This document shows, piece by piece, positions 12,660-25,360 of a stretch of DNA of 64,000 nucleotides. A program made the position numbers and the translations under genes. Within the stretch, counting starts at the first letter, position 1. Every line of letters begins with the position of its first letter. Source of the DNA: Octopus sinensis (lineage: Eukaryota); assembly GCF_006345805.1 (NCBI RefSeq), contig NC_042997.1, positions 17,112,001-17,176,000 of the forward strand, written 5' to 3'. The notes under the pieces were generated by a model. It ran no database searches, had not been told where the DNA came from, and saw nothing but the letters and a program-made list of their open reading frames with translations.

Positions 12660-14522
12660 AGTCTGATCTGCATTCATGTATGCATGTGTATATATATATA
12701 TGCACACATACTACATGTACGAAAATATACATGCATAAAATCACCCCCCCCCCACCACCACATATATATGCAAAAGTGTGGGCATATGTGTGAAGAAACA
12801 CACACATATGGGAGCATATATGTATATTCAAATAGCTATGTGTGTATCTATGTGTATATGCTGGAAGTAAGGGTTAGGCAATGATGATGGGGTGTATTGA
12901 AAAGTAAAAAATAATAAAGAACAAATGAAATGAATCAAAGAAGAAGACAAGATCAACAACAACAAGAATGAAAACTAAATGGAAACAAAAGAAAAATAAT
13001 ACTATGACTAAGAAACTGGAGATATAACGTGTATTCTATAGACTGGTTTGAGTGAGTTGCCTCATTAAGTGTTTGGAAGATGTCCAGGTCCTCTGCAGAG
13101 GACAACTGTTGTCCATCTGAGCGTGTGTGGTGGTGTAGAAGTGTACATTTATATGGGTGAATGTGTGTGCGTGTGTATGCATGTATGTGTATGTGTTGGT
13201 GTACATGTGTGTGTACTTGTATGCAAGTGATTGTGAATATGCTTGTTTGTGTGCATTGTGTGTGTGTTCAGTTGTGTATGTGTATGTACGAGTGTGTTTG
13301 TGTGTATGGTTGTGTATGTGCATATTTTTGTGCATGTGTGTGTATGTATGTACTTGCATGTGTGTCTGTGTCTCTGACTGAGCTTGCATGTATGGTTGTC
13401 TACATGATAGTTTGTGTGCATGCATGTGTTGCATGTCTATATATGCTCTGTAATGAGAGCATCTGCTGCATTTCCACATGAATGTACATGTGCATGCATG
13501 TATTTGTGTGTGTGTATGTGTAAGTGATAGAGGTATGGGTGAGCAGATGTTCAAAAACTTTAAAAGACACTCTTGTTTTCTACAGAGGTCACTCTTTCCA
13601 GTCTGTGTGCATGTGTGTATGTGTGCATGTGCATATGTGCAAGTGCTAAAGTATATAAAGTTGTCAGTAGACATTTGGGTTTTCTAAAATGGACAATGTT
13701 TGGAGCCTACACATGTATATTTCTGTTCCTGTATTTATATTTTTGTATGTATGTGTGTACATTGGAATCTATCAATACTTGGGAAAATATCCAGTTTTTG
13801 GAGGGGCATGTTTAAAATGTGTGTATATAAGTTAGAAAGAAACCAAAACTGAAAAATATAGGTAGATAGGAAAGAAGTAGAGTATCTATGACTGTGTGAA
13901 TGTATGTGCATGTGTTTATCTGTGTGTGTATGCATGTGTGTGTATATATGCATGTATTTGTGTAAGTGTATTGGTCGGTAGCTATATCTATTAAGGTATA
14001 ACAATAGTTGGCAATAAATCCAGCGTTTGAAGAGGGAAACTGTTCCAGTCTACATATCTATGTGTGTGTGTGTGTGCTTGTTTGTATGTATGTGTACATG
14101 TATGGATATATCTATGTATGAACATACATACATACATACATACATACATGCATATGTGTGTGTGTGTCTGTGTGTGTATACATATAAATATATATATACA
14201 TATGTGAGTGAAATTCATTGCAAGGAAGTGAGTGAAAGAGAATGAGTGGTTGTATTTGTAGTTAGTGTGGTATCGGCACTTGGGAAGGTGTCCAAACTTC
14301 TCTTCACTGAGAAAAACAGTTAGATGTGTATTTGTATGTATACATGTTTGAATGTGTGTGTGTGTGTGTGGTGGTGCATGCATGCATGCATGCGTGTGTG
14401 TGTGTGTGCGTGTATGTGTGGTGGTGTGCATGCATGCATGCATGCGTGTGTGTGTGTGTGTGTGTATGTGTGGTGGTGCATGCATGCATGCGTGTGTGTG
14501 TGTGTGTGTGTATGTGTGTGTA
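12660..14522. repeat. Compound (TG/CA/CATG)n microsatellite field with short unique islands
   Basis: Directly visible; explains the many C/V/M/Y- and H/T-rich ORFs in the track. Confidence 0.9.
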
Positions 14523-16332
14523 TGTTTAGTTTTAATCTTCCGAACATTGTTTCAAAGTTATTGTCTTTGATTAGCCCTAGGTTACCACTGATCCAGTAAA
14601 CCTATGATCAAATCATTTCAACTGTAACCATCTCATTTTTTTTTATACTCAAACCTACTATGTCTAGAATTCTATGATTTTTGCTTTTTTAATACAATAG
14701 AATTCAGATTTGGCTAATATTTCTAGTAGGTGTAGTGACCATGGACATACTCCAATCTTTTGAGATGTAAGGTTACCATATTATTTCACCATCATGAAAA
14801 TCTAACCCAACTTGAAAGGTAGTGAAAAATCCAAGGAGCCTCTGCTTTTTTTATTGCTTTACACCCACTACCCAAATCAATAGGGATTGGCAGAAAGTAA
14901 GCTTAACATGGTATTCAACACCAGTTAAACACCATGCCCAAGTAACTTTAAATCATGTAGAACTGAGTCTAAATGTTATTAAAAATATATGTAACCTCTA
15001 TCAGTTGTGCTGAGCATTATTTTCATTTATTTACTCACTCACGTGTGTGTGTGCATAATATATAAGTATATCTATAAATCCACACACTAACATATACATA
15101 CACAATATATATGTAACAAGCTTCTGCGTAGTTTCCATTCATGGAATTCTACACAAGGTATGCAGCAATTCGACATTATAGACATTTGTTCACACTGTAG
15201 AATTTGAGGCTACTTCGGGCTGTTTAGAATGATAGAAAGAACAGTTGGTTGAAGGGGGGAGAAGGAAGGAAAGAGAAGCAGAAGGAGATAGAGACCTGCA
15301 GGTTTCAAAAGAAAACAGAAGCAATAATAGAAGGTGAGTAGAGAATAAGAGATGGAAATGTTCAAATTGTTAAACGATAATTTAAAATCAAGGGATGATA
15401 TAAAAGAGAGCGAGAAAGCGATACAGAATATAAAAGAAACTTAAAAATAGCTGTATAAAATCATAGCTTCATAAACATATGTAGAAAGACGATAATAATG
15501 ATGATAATAGTGATAAGGATAGTGGTGATGATGATGATGATGATGGTGATGAGAACAATAATGATGAAACTGATGATTATGCTGCTACTGATAATAATAG
15601 AAATGACTAAAAGATGGGAGAGATGAGGTATGAAATCCACTCATCAAGATGATTTATCTTGTGATAAGTTCATTTTATAATTGGGTAAGATACTCCTGTT
15701 AAAAGTTAGAACTAGAAAATCTAAGATTTTTCAAAATGAATAAAACTTTTGATTTTCCTGTGATTATATGATCATACCAATATATGTGTGTATGGTGTGC
15801 ATGTATGTGTGTGTTTCTTCTTCTTCTGATTATTATTATTATTATTATTATTTTCACTATGCTTCTCATCCATAATGAAGCTATATCTGCCGATTAAAAT
15901 GTAGTTTTGCCATAACCACACTTTTTGATGATTTACTGGGTAAGAAGTAGCTGAATATGTATGTGAAAAATAAATGGAAATATAGAGGTGTGTTCAGAAT
16001 GAAAAGCTATGCAAAACCCACACCTATACATACATACACATATCTATATATATACACATACATATACATAAAGATATACTCACATGCTAGAAAGAAATTG
16101 AAAGCTTAAAAAGATAAAATAATTATGACTTATGACTGTTATCTTTCTTCTACATGGATTTTCAATACTTCGAATTGAAATAGCTGTGATAGAATGTAAA
16201 AGTAAGCGTTCTTTTGAACATTGATGGTGTTGAGAATCTGCTATCATAAATTGTTGTAGTTACCTTTGAAGGTTTCATTTGACTGTTATTTATTTATTAT
16301 CATTATTATCATGTTATTATTATCATTAATGT

Positions 16333-16545
16333 GGTGCGCTGGCAGAATTGTTAGCATGCTAGAGAAAATGCTTAGTGGCATTTTGTTTGTCTTTACATTC
16401 TGCATTCAAATTCCACCAACTGTGCCTTACATTTTTTTTATTTTGGTGGGGGGTCAATTATATAAGTACCAGTTGAGCACTAGAGTCAATGTAATTAACT
16501 AGTCTCTTCTCCACCAATTTCAGGCCTCATGCCTAGAACAGAAAG
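16333..16545 (+). mobile_element. tRNA-derived SINE family A (Meta-domain-like core)
   Basis: Head gtggtgcgctggcagaattgttagc..gcattcaaattcc and core taagtaccagttgagcact; many copies in the window. Confidence 0.75.
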
Positions 16546-16734
16546 GATTATTAGTATTATGAGTGGAGTGGATTGGTAGAATCTTTAACATGTAAGAAAA
16601 ATGCCTTGTCATATTTATTCTGACTTTGTGTGTGGTGTTCAAATTTCACCAAGGTTAACGTTGCTCTTTATCAATAAAATGTAGTACTAGTCAAGTACAG
16701 GGATTTGTGGTTAAATTAGAAACCATTACTGTAG

Positions 16735-16737
<3 letters not shown>

Positions 16738-16795
<58 letters not shown>

Positions 16796-16832
16796 TACTA
16801 TTATTATTATTATTATCATTACTATTATTATT
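16738..16832. repeat. (ATT)n microsatellite
   Basis: Directly visible. Confidence 0.95.
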
Positions 16833-16835
16833 AAG

Positions 16836-17050
16836 ATGGTGAGCTGGCAGAATTGTTAGCACATCAGGCAAAATGCTTAGAGGCATTTCATCTGTCTGTG
16901 TTCTGAGTTCAAATCCTGACAAGGTTGACTTTGCCTTTCATCCTTTCAGGATTGATAAATTATGTACCAGTGAAACACTGAAGTCAATGTAATTGAATTA
17001 TCCCCTCCCACAAAATGGCTGCCCTTGTGGCAAAACTTGAAACCATTATT
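16836..17050 (+). mobile_element. SINE family A (Meta-domain-like)
   Basis: A box-like tggcagaattg, B box-like gagttcaaatcc, core gactttgcctttcatcctttcaggattgataaattatgtaccag, ATT tail. The core resembles the MetaSINE central domain (from memory, not searched). Confidence 0.8.
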
Positions 17051-17057
17051 ATTATGG

Positions 17058-17285
17058 TGTGAGGGTGCATGACCTGGTGGTTGGAGTGTCACTCTCCCGA
17101 TTGCTAGATTGTGATTTCAATTCCAAGACCAGATGGTGCATTGTTTTCTTGAGCAACGTTCTTCAGGCAACGTCGATTTGATGGAGGGAGTGAGCTAATG
17201 TGTGGCACAAACATTTGATCACTATAAAGAAATCATTTGTGCAGGTCATTCAGCAAAGGTTGAATGCTCTTTGATGGGAGAGTCC
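17058..17285 (+). mobile_element. Degraded tRNA-headed SINE (other family)
   Basis: gcatgacctggtggttggagtg..gatttcaattcc..ttgttttcttgagcaa head pattern. Confidence 0.5.
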
Positions 17286-17299
17286 ATCATTATTATACG

Positions 17300-17710
17300 A
17301 AGGCAAGCTGACAGAATTGCTAACATATCAGGCAAAATGCTTACTGGCATTTTGTCTATCTCTACGTTCTGAGTTCAAATACCACTGAGGTCAATGGTGT
17401 TTTTCATCCTTTCGGGGTCAATGTAATTGACTTATAACCCACTGAAATTGATGGCCTTGTACCAAAATTTGAAATCCTTATTATTATCATAATCATTACT
17501 GTGGCAAGCTGACAACAGCTTTAGTATGCCAGACAAAATGTGTAGTGGTATATCTCCCAACTTTACATTCAGAGTTTAAATGCACACAATTAAACTTTTG
17601 GAATAGATAAAATAAGTATATGTTGAGCACTGGGTCAGTGTGATCAATTAACCCTAACTCCTACTAAATTTCAAACCTTATGCTTACAGTAGAATAGCTT
17701 ATCATTATTA
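17300..17710 (+). mobile_element. Two further head-to-tail SINE family A copies
   Basis: ggcaagctgacagaattg..tcatcctttcggggtc..tgtaccaaaatttgaaa, then gtggcaagctgacaacag..tgttgagcactgggtc. Confidence 0.7.
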
Positions 17711-18315
17711 TTTGATGAGGATCAAAGTATCTTTGGCTTGTTTATTTAACTAAAACTGATGTATATGTATGTTGTGTAATACTATGACAATGGTTGAGTC
17801 TGAAGAATCATAGAATTATATCTAGTTCCATAATGATGGACCCTGCTCTGTGCAAAATACAATATTAAGCTTCTCTCTACATACAAGGATACAGAATATT
17901 TAATAACAGAATGAGAATGTCATGGGTGTTATTTCCACACAAGCATAACTGCATTCCAGTTGCTGCTAAACCCAAAGATAGCTGTCCTTGATGAAGTAGA
18001 TCTTCTATAATCAAAGGCATTCCAGTTATGATTATCCCATCTTTCATTCAGACAGTGTACTCCAGACTAGATTATCTGATGCATTGTGTTTTTTTTTTTT
18101 TAATGTTGATATAGAAATTGAGAGATACTTGGCTGCAATTTCTAGAAGGTCAAATGATTAAATGACTGTATAGAGGCACTTGCATTAACTTAATGAATGA
18201 ATAACTGCATATAAGTTCAGGCATAGTAGTGTAGTTAAAAAGTTCTCTTTGCAGCCATGTAGTTTTGTGTGTGTGTGTGTGTGTGTGTATGAGTGTGTAT
18301 ATATATATATATATA

Positions 18316-19645
18316 TTGGAAAAACAGAAGTTGAAAATGAACTGAGAATACTTAAAATATTTTTTATTAATATATTTGAAACTTTAACTGGTGTCACAGC
18401 ACAGTTTACATTGATTTTCAAAAAGTTCAAATAGAAATATGTGGGTTATGTTGCAGCTGTCTTGCTTCTGACTAGGGTTTGAAGTTTGCCCTGCTTTTAT
18501 AGGAAGTTCATGGCTCAAATTAGTATGTTTTGAATAGGATTTGGTTGTTAGAAGATAGTCACATGATTGTTTTTTGAGAATCACTGTAAACTGTGAAACC
18601 AGTTAAAGCTTTATATATAATAATAAAAAATATTTTAACTATTCTCAGTCCATTTTCAACTTCTATTTTTCCTATATTTCTATCTGTGTGGAATAAAATA
18701 ACGTTGTTTTCTATATATGTATGTATGTCTGTCTGTATGTATGTATTCGTTTACTTGTTTCAGTCATTTGACTGCGGCCATGCTGAAGCACCGCCTTTAA
18801 TTGAGCAACTCGACCCCGGGACTTATTCTTTTGTAAGCCCAGTACTTATTCTATCAGTCTCTTTTGCCGAACCGCTAAGTGACAGGGACATAAACACACC
18901 AGCATCGGTTGTCAAGCAATGCTAGGGGGACAAACACACACAAACACACACACACACGCATATATATATATATATATATATTGGAAAAACAGAAGTTGAA
19001 AATGAACTGAGAATACTTAAAATATTTTTTATTAATATATTTGAAACTTTAACTGGTGTCACAGCACAGTTTACATTGATTTTCAAAAAGTTCAAATAGA
19101 AATATGTGGGTTATGTTGCAGCTGTCTTGCTTCTGACTAGGGTTTGAAGTTTGCCCTGCTTTTATAGGAAGTTCATGGCTCAAATTAGTATGTTTTGAAT
19201 AGGATTTGGTTGTTAGAAGATAGTCACATGATTGTTTTTTGAGAATCACTGTAAACTGTGAAACCAGTTAAAGCTTTATATATAATAATAAAAAATATTT
19301 TAACTATTCTCAGTCCATTTTCAACTTCTATTTTTCCTATATTTCTACCTGTGTGGAATAAAATAACGTTGTTTTCTATATATGTATGTATGTCTGTCTG
19401 TATGTATGTATTCGTTTACTTGTTTCAGTCATTTGACTGCTGCCATGCTGAAGCACCGCCTTTAATTGAGCAACTCGACCCCGGGACTTATTCTTTTGTA
19501 AGCCCAGTACTTATTCTATCGGTCTCTTTTGCCGAACCGCTAAGTGACGGGGACATAAACACACCAGCATCGGTTGTCAAGCAATGCTAGGGGGACAAAC
19601 ACACACAAACACACACACACACGCATATATATATATATATATATA
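18316..19645. repeat. Near-perfect 665-bp tandem duplication (18316-18980 / 18981-19645)
   Basis: Identical ORFs offset by 665 bp in the track. About four substitutions were seen, and both junctions lie in (TA)n tracts. Confidence 0.95.
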
Positions 19646-19800
19646 CGACGGGCTTCTTTCAGTTTCCATCTACCAAATCCACTCACAAGGCTTTGGTCGG
19701 CCCAAGGCTATAGTAGAAGACACTTGCCCAAGGTGCCACGCAGTGGGACTGAACCCGGAACCATGTGGTTGGTAAACAAGCTACTTACCACACAGCCACT
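19410..19800 (-). mobile_element. SINE family B, well preserved copy
   Basis: Retains CpGs (gccgaaccgctaagtgacgggg, cgacgggcttctttcag, gactgaacccggaacc); internal (CA)/(TA) tract; tRNA-like head at the right end. Confidence 0.85.
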
Positions 19801-19814
19801 CCTGTGCCTCATTC

Positions 19815-20185
19815 TTTTATTTGTTTCAGTCATTTGATTGCAGCCATGCTGGAGCACCACCTTTAGTTGAACAAACTGACCCTAGGTTTTATTCTTTATA
19901 AGCCTAGTATTTATTTTATCAGCCTCTTTTGCTGAACTGCTAAGTTATGGGGACATAAACACACCAACATCAGTTGTCAAGCAATGGTGGGGGGACAAAC
20001 ACAGACACAGAAACACACAAACACACTCATATATATACAAGGCAGGCTTCTCTCAGTTTCCATCAACCAAATCCACTCAAAAGGCTTTAGTTGGTCTGAG
20101 ACTGTAGTAGACGATACTTGCCCAAGTGGGACTGAACCCAGAATCATGCGGTTGGGAAGCAAGCTTCTTACCACACAACCACTCC

Positions 20186-20188
<3 letters not shown>
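19815..20188 (-). mobile_element. SINE family B, older copy
   Basis: Collinear with 19410-19800, more diverged. Confidence 0.85.
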
Positions 20189-20221
<33 letters not shown>

Positions 20222-20454
20222 TGTGCTTGCGTGCATGCGTGTGTGTGTGTATATCTGCCTACCTTTCTGCTTTTAAGTTGATACTGCTTAAATAACCAAT
20301 GCTGTTTGTTCCAAGGTCATAACTAAGCAGTTTGAATTTACCAATCCGCCAATCCATTGCCTTATTTTTCATGTGCTAATGAGGTTTCAGTCCAGTATTT
20401 GGATTTAAATTCGAACACTTTAATGTTGGCTATTATAGCAAGTTGGTGTTGAAA

Positions 20455-20630
20455 AGATTAACTGATTAGACGTAGTGACTCTGATTGAGCAGACCTATGA
20501 TCAAAGGTCTTCCTGCTGTAATGATCTCATATGTTTTTTTCTCTCTTTTCCCAAACATATTATATCTAGGACCACATTATAAAATATGTTCTTTCTCTTT
20601 TTAAGATGATGGTGTGTGATAAGAGAGATA
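20455..20630 (+). repeat. Dispersed repeat family D (related segments near 14560-14760, 18000-18180, 25940-26090, 26360-26560, 33370-33600)
   Basis: Shared words across copies: cctatgatcaaagg, tttggctgctatttcta, gagtgaccatatagaggc. Confidence 0.6.
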
Positions 20631-21234
20631 ATATTGTAGATGGTAGGATTTCATAAAAGGGATAATATTGAAGATAGTGATGATATAAAAGTTATTAAAT
20701 CATCTTTTATAGATACCAAACTGTATATAAATGGAGAGAGAATTTGAGATAGTAATAATGTAAATGTGTCTGTAAGGTACACACCGAAAATATTATCCCT
20801 GTCATAAATGTCATATAACCTCATTGTTTTAACATTATTAATGTTAGATAACACAATGGACTTCATTGCATGTTACATCTATTTACTTTTGTTCGAGTCG
20901 TTTGAAGATTAACAAGATGACTTATGTCAGAAAGGAAAGTACCAAAACATGCTTAAATTAGTAACTGTTTCACAGAACACTCTTAATTTATGAAAATATG
21001 AAGTTAAAAGCATATCTGTTTGATGACAGTATCTTTGATATATTGTGTTCTAGTGCCACATGAAATATAAGCAAAGCATTCTATTCTCACACAATGGATA
21101 TGTTGTCATACTTTAACATGGAGAGTACCATTGAATGTCAAAATTTCTTAAATAAATTGTTAATAACTTTATAAACTATTTGTTAGCATCATCTTCAAAG
21201 AAAAAATATCTTTTGATATTTATATCAACACTAA

Positions 21235-21640
21235 GTGAGCGAGCTAGCAGAATTGTTGGCACATTAGGTGAAATGCTTAGTGGCATTTTGTCCATGATTA
21301 TGCTCTGGGTTCAAATTCTGCTAAGGCCAACTTTGCCTTTCATTCTTTTGGGATTGATAAAATAAGTACCAGTTGAGAACCGGTTTTGACATATTCAACC
21401 TAACTTCTTGCCTTGAAATTTCTATCCTTGTGCCAAAATTTGAAATTAATATCTATATCAACACTAAGGTGGCACGCTGGCAGAGTTGTTAGCATATTAG
21501 GCAAAATGCTTAGCAGCATTTTGTCTGTCTTTATGTTCTGAATTCGAATTCTGTTAAGGTTGACTTTACCTTTCATCCTTTTGTGGTTGATGAAATAAGT
21601 ACCAGTTGAGCACTGAGATCAATGCCAAATTGCTTCTCCC
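21235..21640 (+). mobile_element. Two tandem SINE family A copies
   Basis: Both carry the head (gagctagcagaattg / gcacgctggcagagttg) and the ctttcat(c/t)ctttt..gataaaataagtaccagttgag core. Confidence 0.8.
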
Positions 21641-21839
21641 TCACCCAATCAGTTTCATTGCACTAGTTATCAGGTGTCGTTTTTGTTTTGTTATTGATGT
21701 TGGTATTATTACTATTGCTCTTGGGGTTTCAGGGAAATCTTGGACAGTGGGGTTCCTCGATTATCCCTAGAGGCCATCCTGTATCAGGAGGGCCACATCT
21801 CTATCATTCTCCCTGCCTCATTTTTATTTTTTAACCTTT

Positions 21840-22196
21840 GTATGGATGAGGAGAGATGTGTGAAGAAGGGCCACTCCCAGCATGACCTTCGAATGTTGGG
21901 CCTCACAGAACATCAAAATAAAAATCAAATGGAAATTGTAGTTGTGATACCTCTGCAGGTGGCACATAAAAAGCACCAACCGATCAATGACATTACCAGC
22001 CTCCTCTGGCCCCTGTGCCAATGACACGTAAAAAGCACCCACTTCACTCATGGAGTGGTTGGTGTTAGAAAGGGCATTCAGCAGTAGAAACTCTGCCAGA
22101 TCAGACTGGAGCCTGGTGCAGCCTCCTGGCTTCCAAGACCCTGGTCGAATTGTCCAACCCATGCTAGTATGGAAAACAGATGTTAAACGATGATGA

Positions 22197-22200
<4 letters not shown>
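21840..22200 (+). mobile_element. RTE family 1 3' fragment with (GAT)n tail
   Basis: MDEERCVKK..HDLRMLGLTE followed by the 3' UTR ending aacccatgctagtatggaaaacagatgttaaacgatgatgat. Confidence 0.8.
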
Positions 22201-22233
<33 letters not shown>

Positions 22234-24196
22234 CAGACATACTAAATGCTTGTATATGTGTACAGCCATATTCATTTAAACATATTCATACAGACATAAA
22301 TATGCTTAAATATATGTGTATGTGTGTGTGTGTAAGTGTGTTTGTATATGTCCTTCAGTCATTTTTGTCTGCCAATTAAAAATAATATATATATACACAT
22401 ATGTATACACATACACACACCTGCATATATATACATTGAAAATAATAGCAATAAGAATGTATGTTGTATTTTTTCTTAAGAAGGCCAGAATTCATTGTGC
22501 TGTGTCCTGTTGTTGAGGATAGCTCTATTTCCAAATAAATCTAATGCTCCCAAAGAATATACAATAATATTAGAGTATGGATATAACTGGCTGCACTGTG
22601 AACATACTCTGTTGAAAAGGTTATTTCTTGGAGAAAGGCTTCTCTGACATTTGAATCAAATGTTTATGTATATTTGCGTTAGATGAAAATTACAGCCAAC
22701 AGCAATACTGGCTTGCTTCCAGTGATTATCCAGGGTTTTGTTCACAGCAATATCATTATCTGCTATTTACTATCATTATGTTTCCCCAGCCTATTTGTTG
22801 GAAACCAAGATGGATTTTGGACACATGATACTTTCAGACTTACAGTATTTCCACACAACAGAATTCACAAAGCATTTTAGGTTTCTAGTATTTATTAAAT
22901 ATGCTAGAAATATGCTAGAATATTTATCAAATACGTTAGAAGAAAGAACTTTTGGAAACATAAGTTTGTAATATTTATTGCAAGACTGATTTTGATTTTT
23001 ATATGAAGACAGTTGCCTTAAATGTTTAAGGGAGAAGAAAAGAGTGTACAAAAACTGCATAGTTCTCAAGGGAATTAGTAAAGAAAGGGAAAAAAAGTGC
23101 TAGAAACTTTAATAGAAATTGAATTATTGCATCAGTTTACTACACTAGCCATGGTGACACTTACGAAATATTTCAAAATATATAGAAAAATGACTTTTCC
23201 AGTGTGGAGATAAATTGGAAAGAACAGGAATGTTCATTGTTTTGCCCAACAAAAGCTGTGTTCATATGAATAACTACTTTATGGCTTATATATTCAAGGA
23301 TTATTTTCTTTTTATGAGCATTTTCCTTTTATTTAGCTCTTTTCATTCAGACCATCCAATTAGCTTCTATCATCACTCTCCATTTAAATAACCTATCCAT
23401 ATATACATAACATCTTAGATTTATTTATTGCAAAAGCAAAACCAGGATGGGAATTTGTTTATTTTGGCAACACATCACAACAGGCAGAACTGATGAGTGG
23501 GTTGTAAAATAATCAAAATATTGATTTTTAATTTATACTCAAGGTCACAGGCATTGAATGAGGGTACAGTCAATTATATTTGACATCAGTATTTGAGTAG
23601 TACTTATTTAATCAACCCAGAAAGGATGAAAGGTAAAGTTAGTTTTGGAAAGATTTGAACACGAGATGTAAAAGAGCATGACTAAAATACTGCCAATCTA
23701 CTACCCTTAAAGGGTTAAATATTACGAAGCTACTATAGATCAAATCAACAGGGTTGTAGTTCTGAAATTCTTTAAAAAGAAAAGAAAAGAAAAAGAATTG
23801 TCATAAATATTTTAATACAGCTAAGAAAGATTTTTCTTCTCACAAAAACTGAAATCAAGTACAGAGGTTGCTGCGTAAAGTATTATAGCTTTCATGTAGA
23901 ATTATCTGTAAATATAAAATTCCCATATTTTCTGTATTTATTTTTTTATTTATTGTATATACATATGAGATAAACAGGATTCCATCGAGGGATCAAATGA
24001 AAGCTAAAAGTAAAAATTTTTTCTTCTTTTTTATATAACTTTCTCACCATTAGGGAAATGATAAGGTCGAATAATGGTACAGTAGGGTGGGGGGAGATAC
24101 CTGTGGTGGCAGCAATGGGGAAGGGTGTATAGTGAGGAGAGGTTGTTGGGAATGAAGAGATATGATTGTGCATAAGAATTATAGGCATGATGGAAG

Positions 24197-24250
<54 letters not shown>

Positions 24251-25069
24251 CATATACATCTATATTTATATCTGTTTATCTACATATATATACATATATA
24301 TGTGACATATATGTATGTATATATAACATATATATATGTATACATACATATATACATACACACACACATATATATACATATATACATACACATATCCATA
24401 AAAACACACACATATACGCATGTATATATATACATACATATACATTACATTCATATATACACATTTATATATATATATATGTAAATGCACAAGTGTATGT
24501 AGATGAGTATGAGTGGTGACACAAGAGAAGGGAAAGTCTTTATAGAATAACATAAAAATATACACTGGTGATGATATCAAGGATATACAATCAACTTTTA
24601 TAGATATCATAAATAAAGAGAAAGTAAATTATCTGGTGGAAAAAAGAGATATAAACAGATGTGAAATGATAGCTGGGGTGTGTAACTGTTGTTGTTATCA
24701 ACGTTGTTGTTAATGGTGTTTTTCTATTGATATTGTTGATGTTGCTTAGATTTTTAGTTGGCATTATATTTTATGCTTTTGTTATTGATTCTGATGCTGC
24801 TATTGTAGATGATTTTGCTGTTGCTTGTAGTTGTTGTAGTTGATATCGATTTTAATGTTACTTTCTTGGTGGTACACCACCACCATTACCACCTACTACT
24901 ACTACTACTACTATATTTTATTCATATTGTTGTCATTATTATTGCTTTACCAGTTGCTTCTGATGTTATTGCTTGTGATGTTAATATTGATCTCCAACAT
25001 ACATACAAGGGTGTACATTGTTTGTCAGGGTAAAAGTGGATGGAGAAGTGTGAACAATTAATGAAACAG

Positions 25070-25360
25070 ACCCCATTACTTGACTGGTACTTATTTATTT
25101 ACCCTCAGTATTTGACTAGTAATTTAATTTTCCAGCTAAGTACTCTTGTCTGGTGCTTATCATTTTAACCCCAGAACTTGATGAGCAATTTATTTTCTTG
25201 ACTGTCAACACTTGTTTGGAGCTTATTTTCTTTACCCTCTCCACAGAACTTGATTGGTACTAATTTTTTTTACCCCAGTTTTTGAATGGTGTTTAATTTT
25301 CTTGATCCCAGAAGGATGAATGATAAAATGAACCACAGCATAATTCACATTTTAAATGTA
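25070..25360 (-). repeat. About 7 degenerate ~33-bp tandem units derived from the SINE A core, joined to the rest of the SINE
   Basis: Units resemble ccccagtacttgactggtacttattttat and continue into cccagaaggatgaatgataaaatgaacc. Confidence 0.65.

Noticed and set aside
13061-13116. Minus candidate exon GQQLSSAEDLDIFQTLNE with a GC donor
   Set aside because: Weak acceptor, non-canonical donor, and phase incompatible with the next candidate exon.
13036-14599. Long ORFs (up to 212 aa) rich in H/T/C/V/M/Y
   Set aside because: They are translations of TG/CA/CATG microsatellites, open in many frames on both strands.
25070-25312. CRISPR-like repeat array
   Set aside because: Eukaryotic context, no unique spacers, and the units derive from the SINE core.
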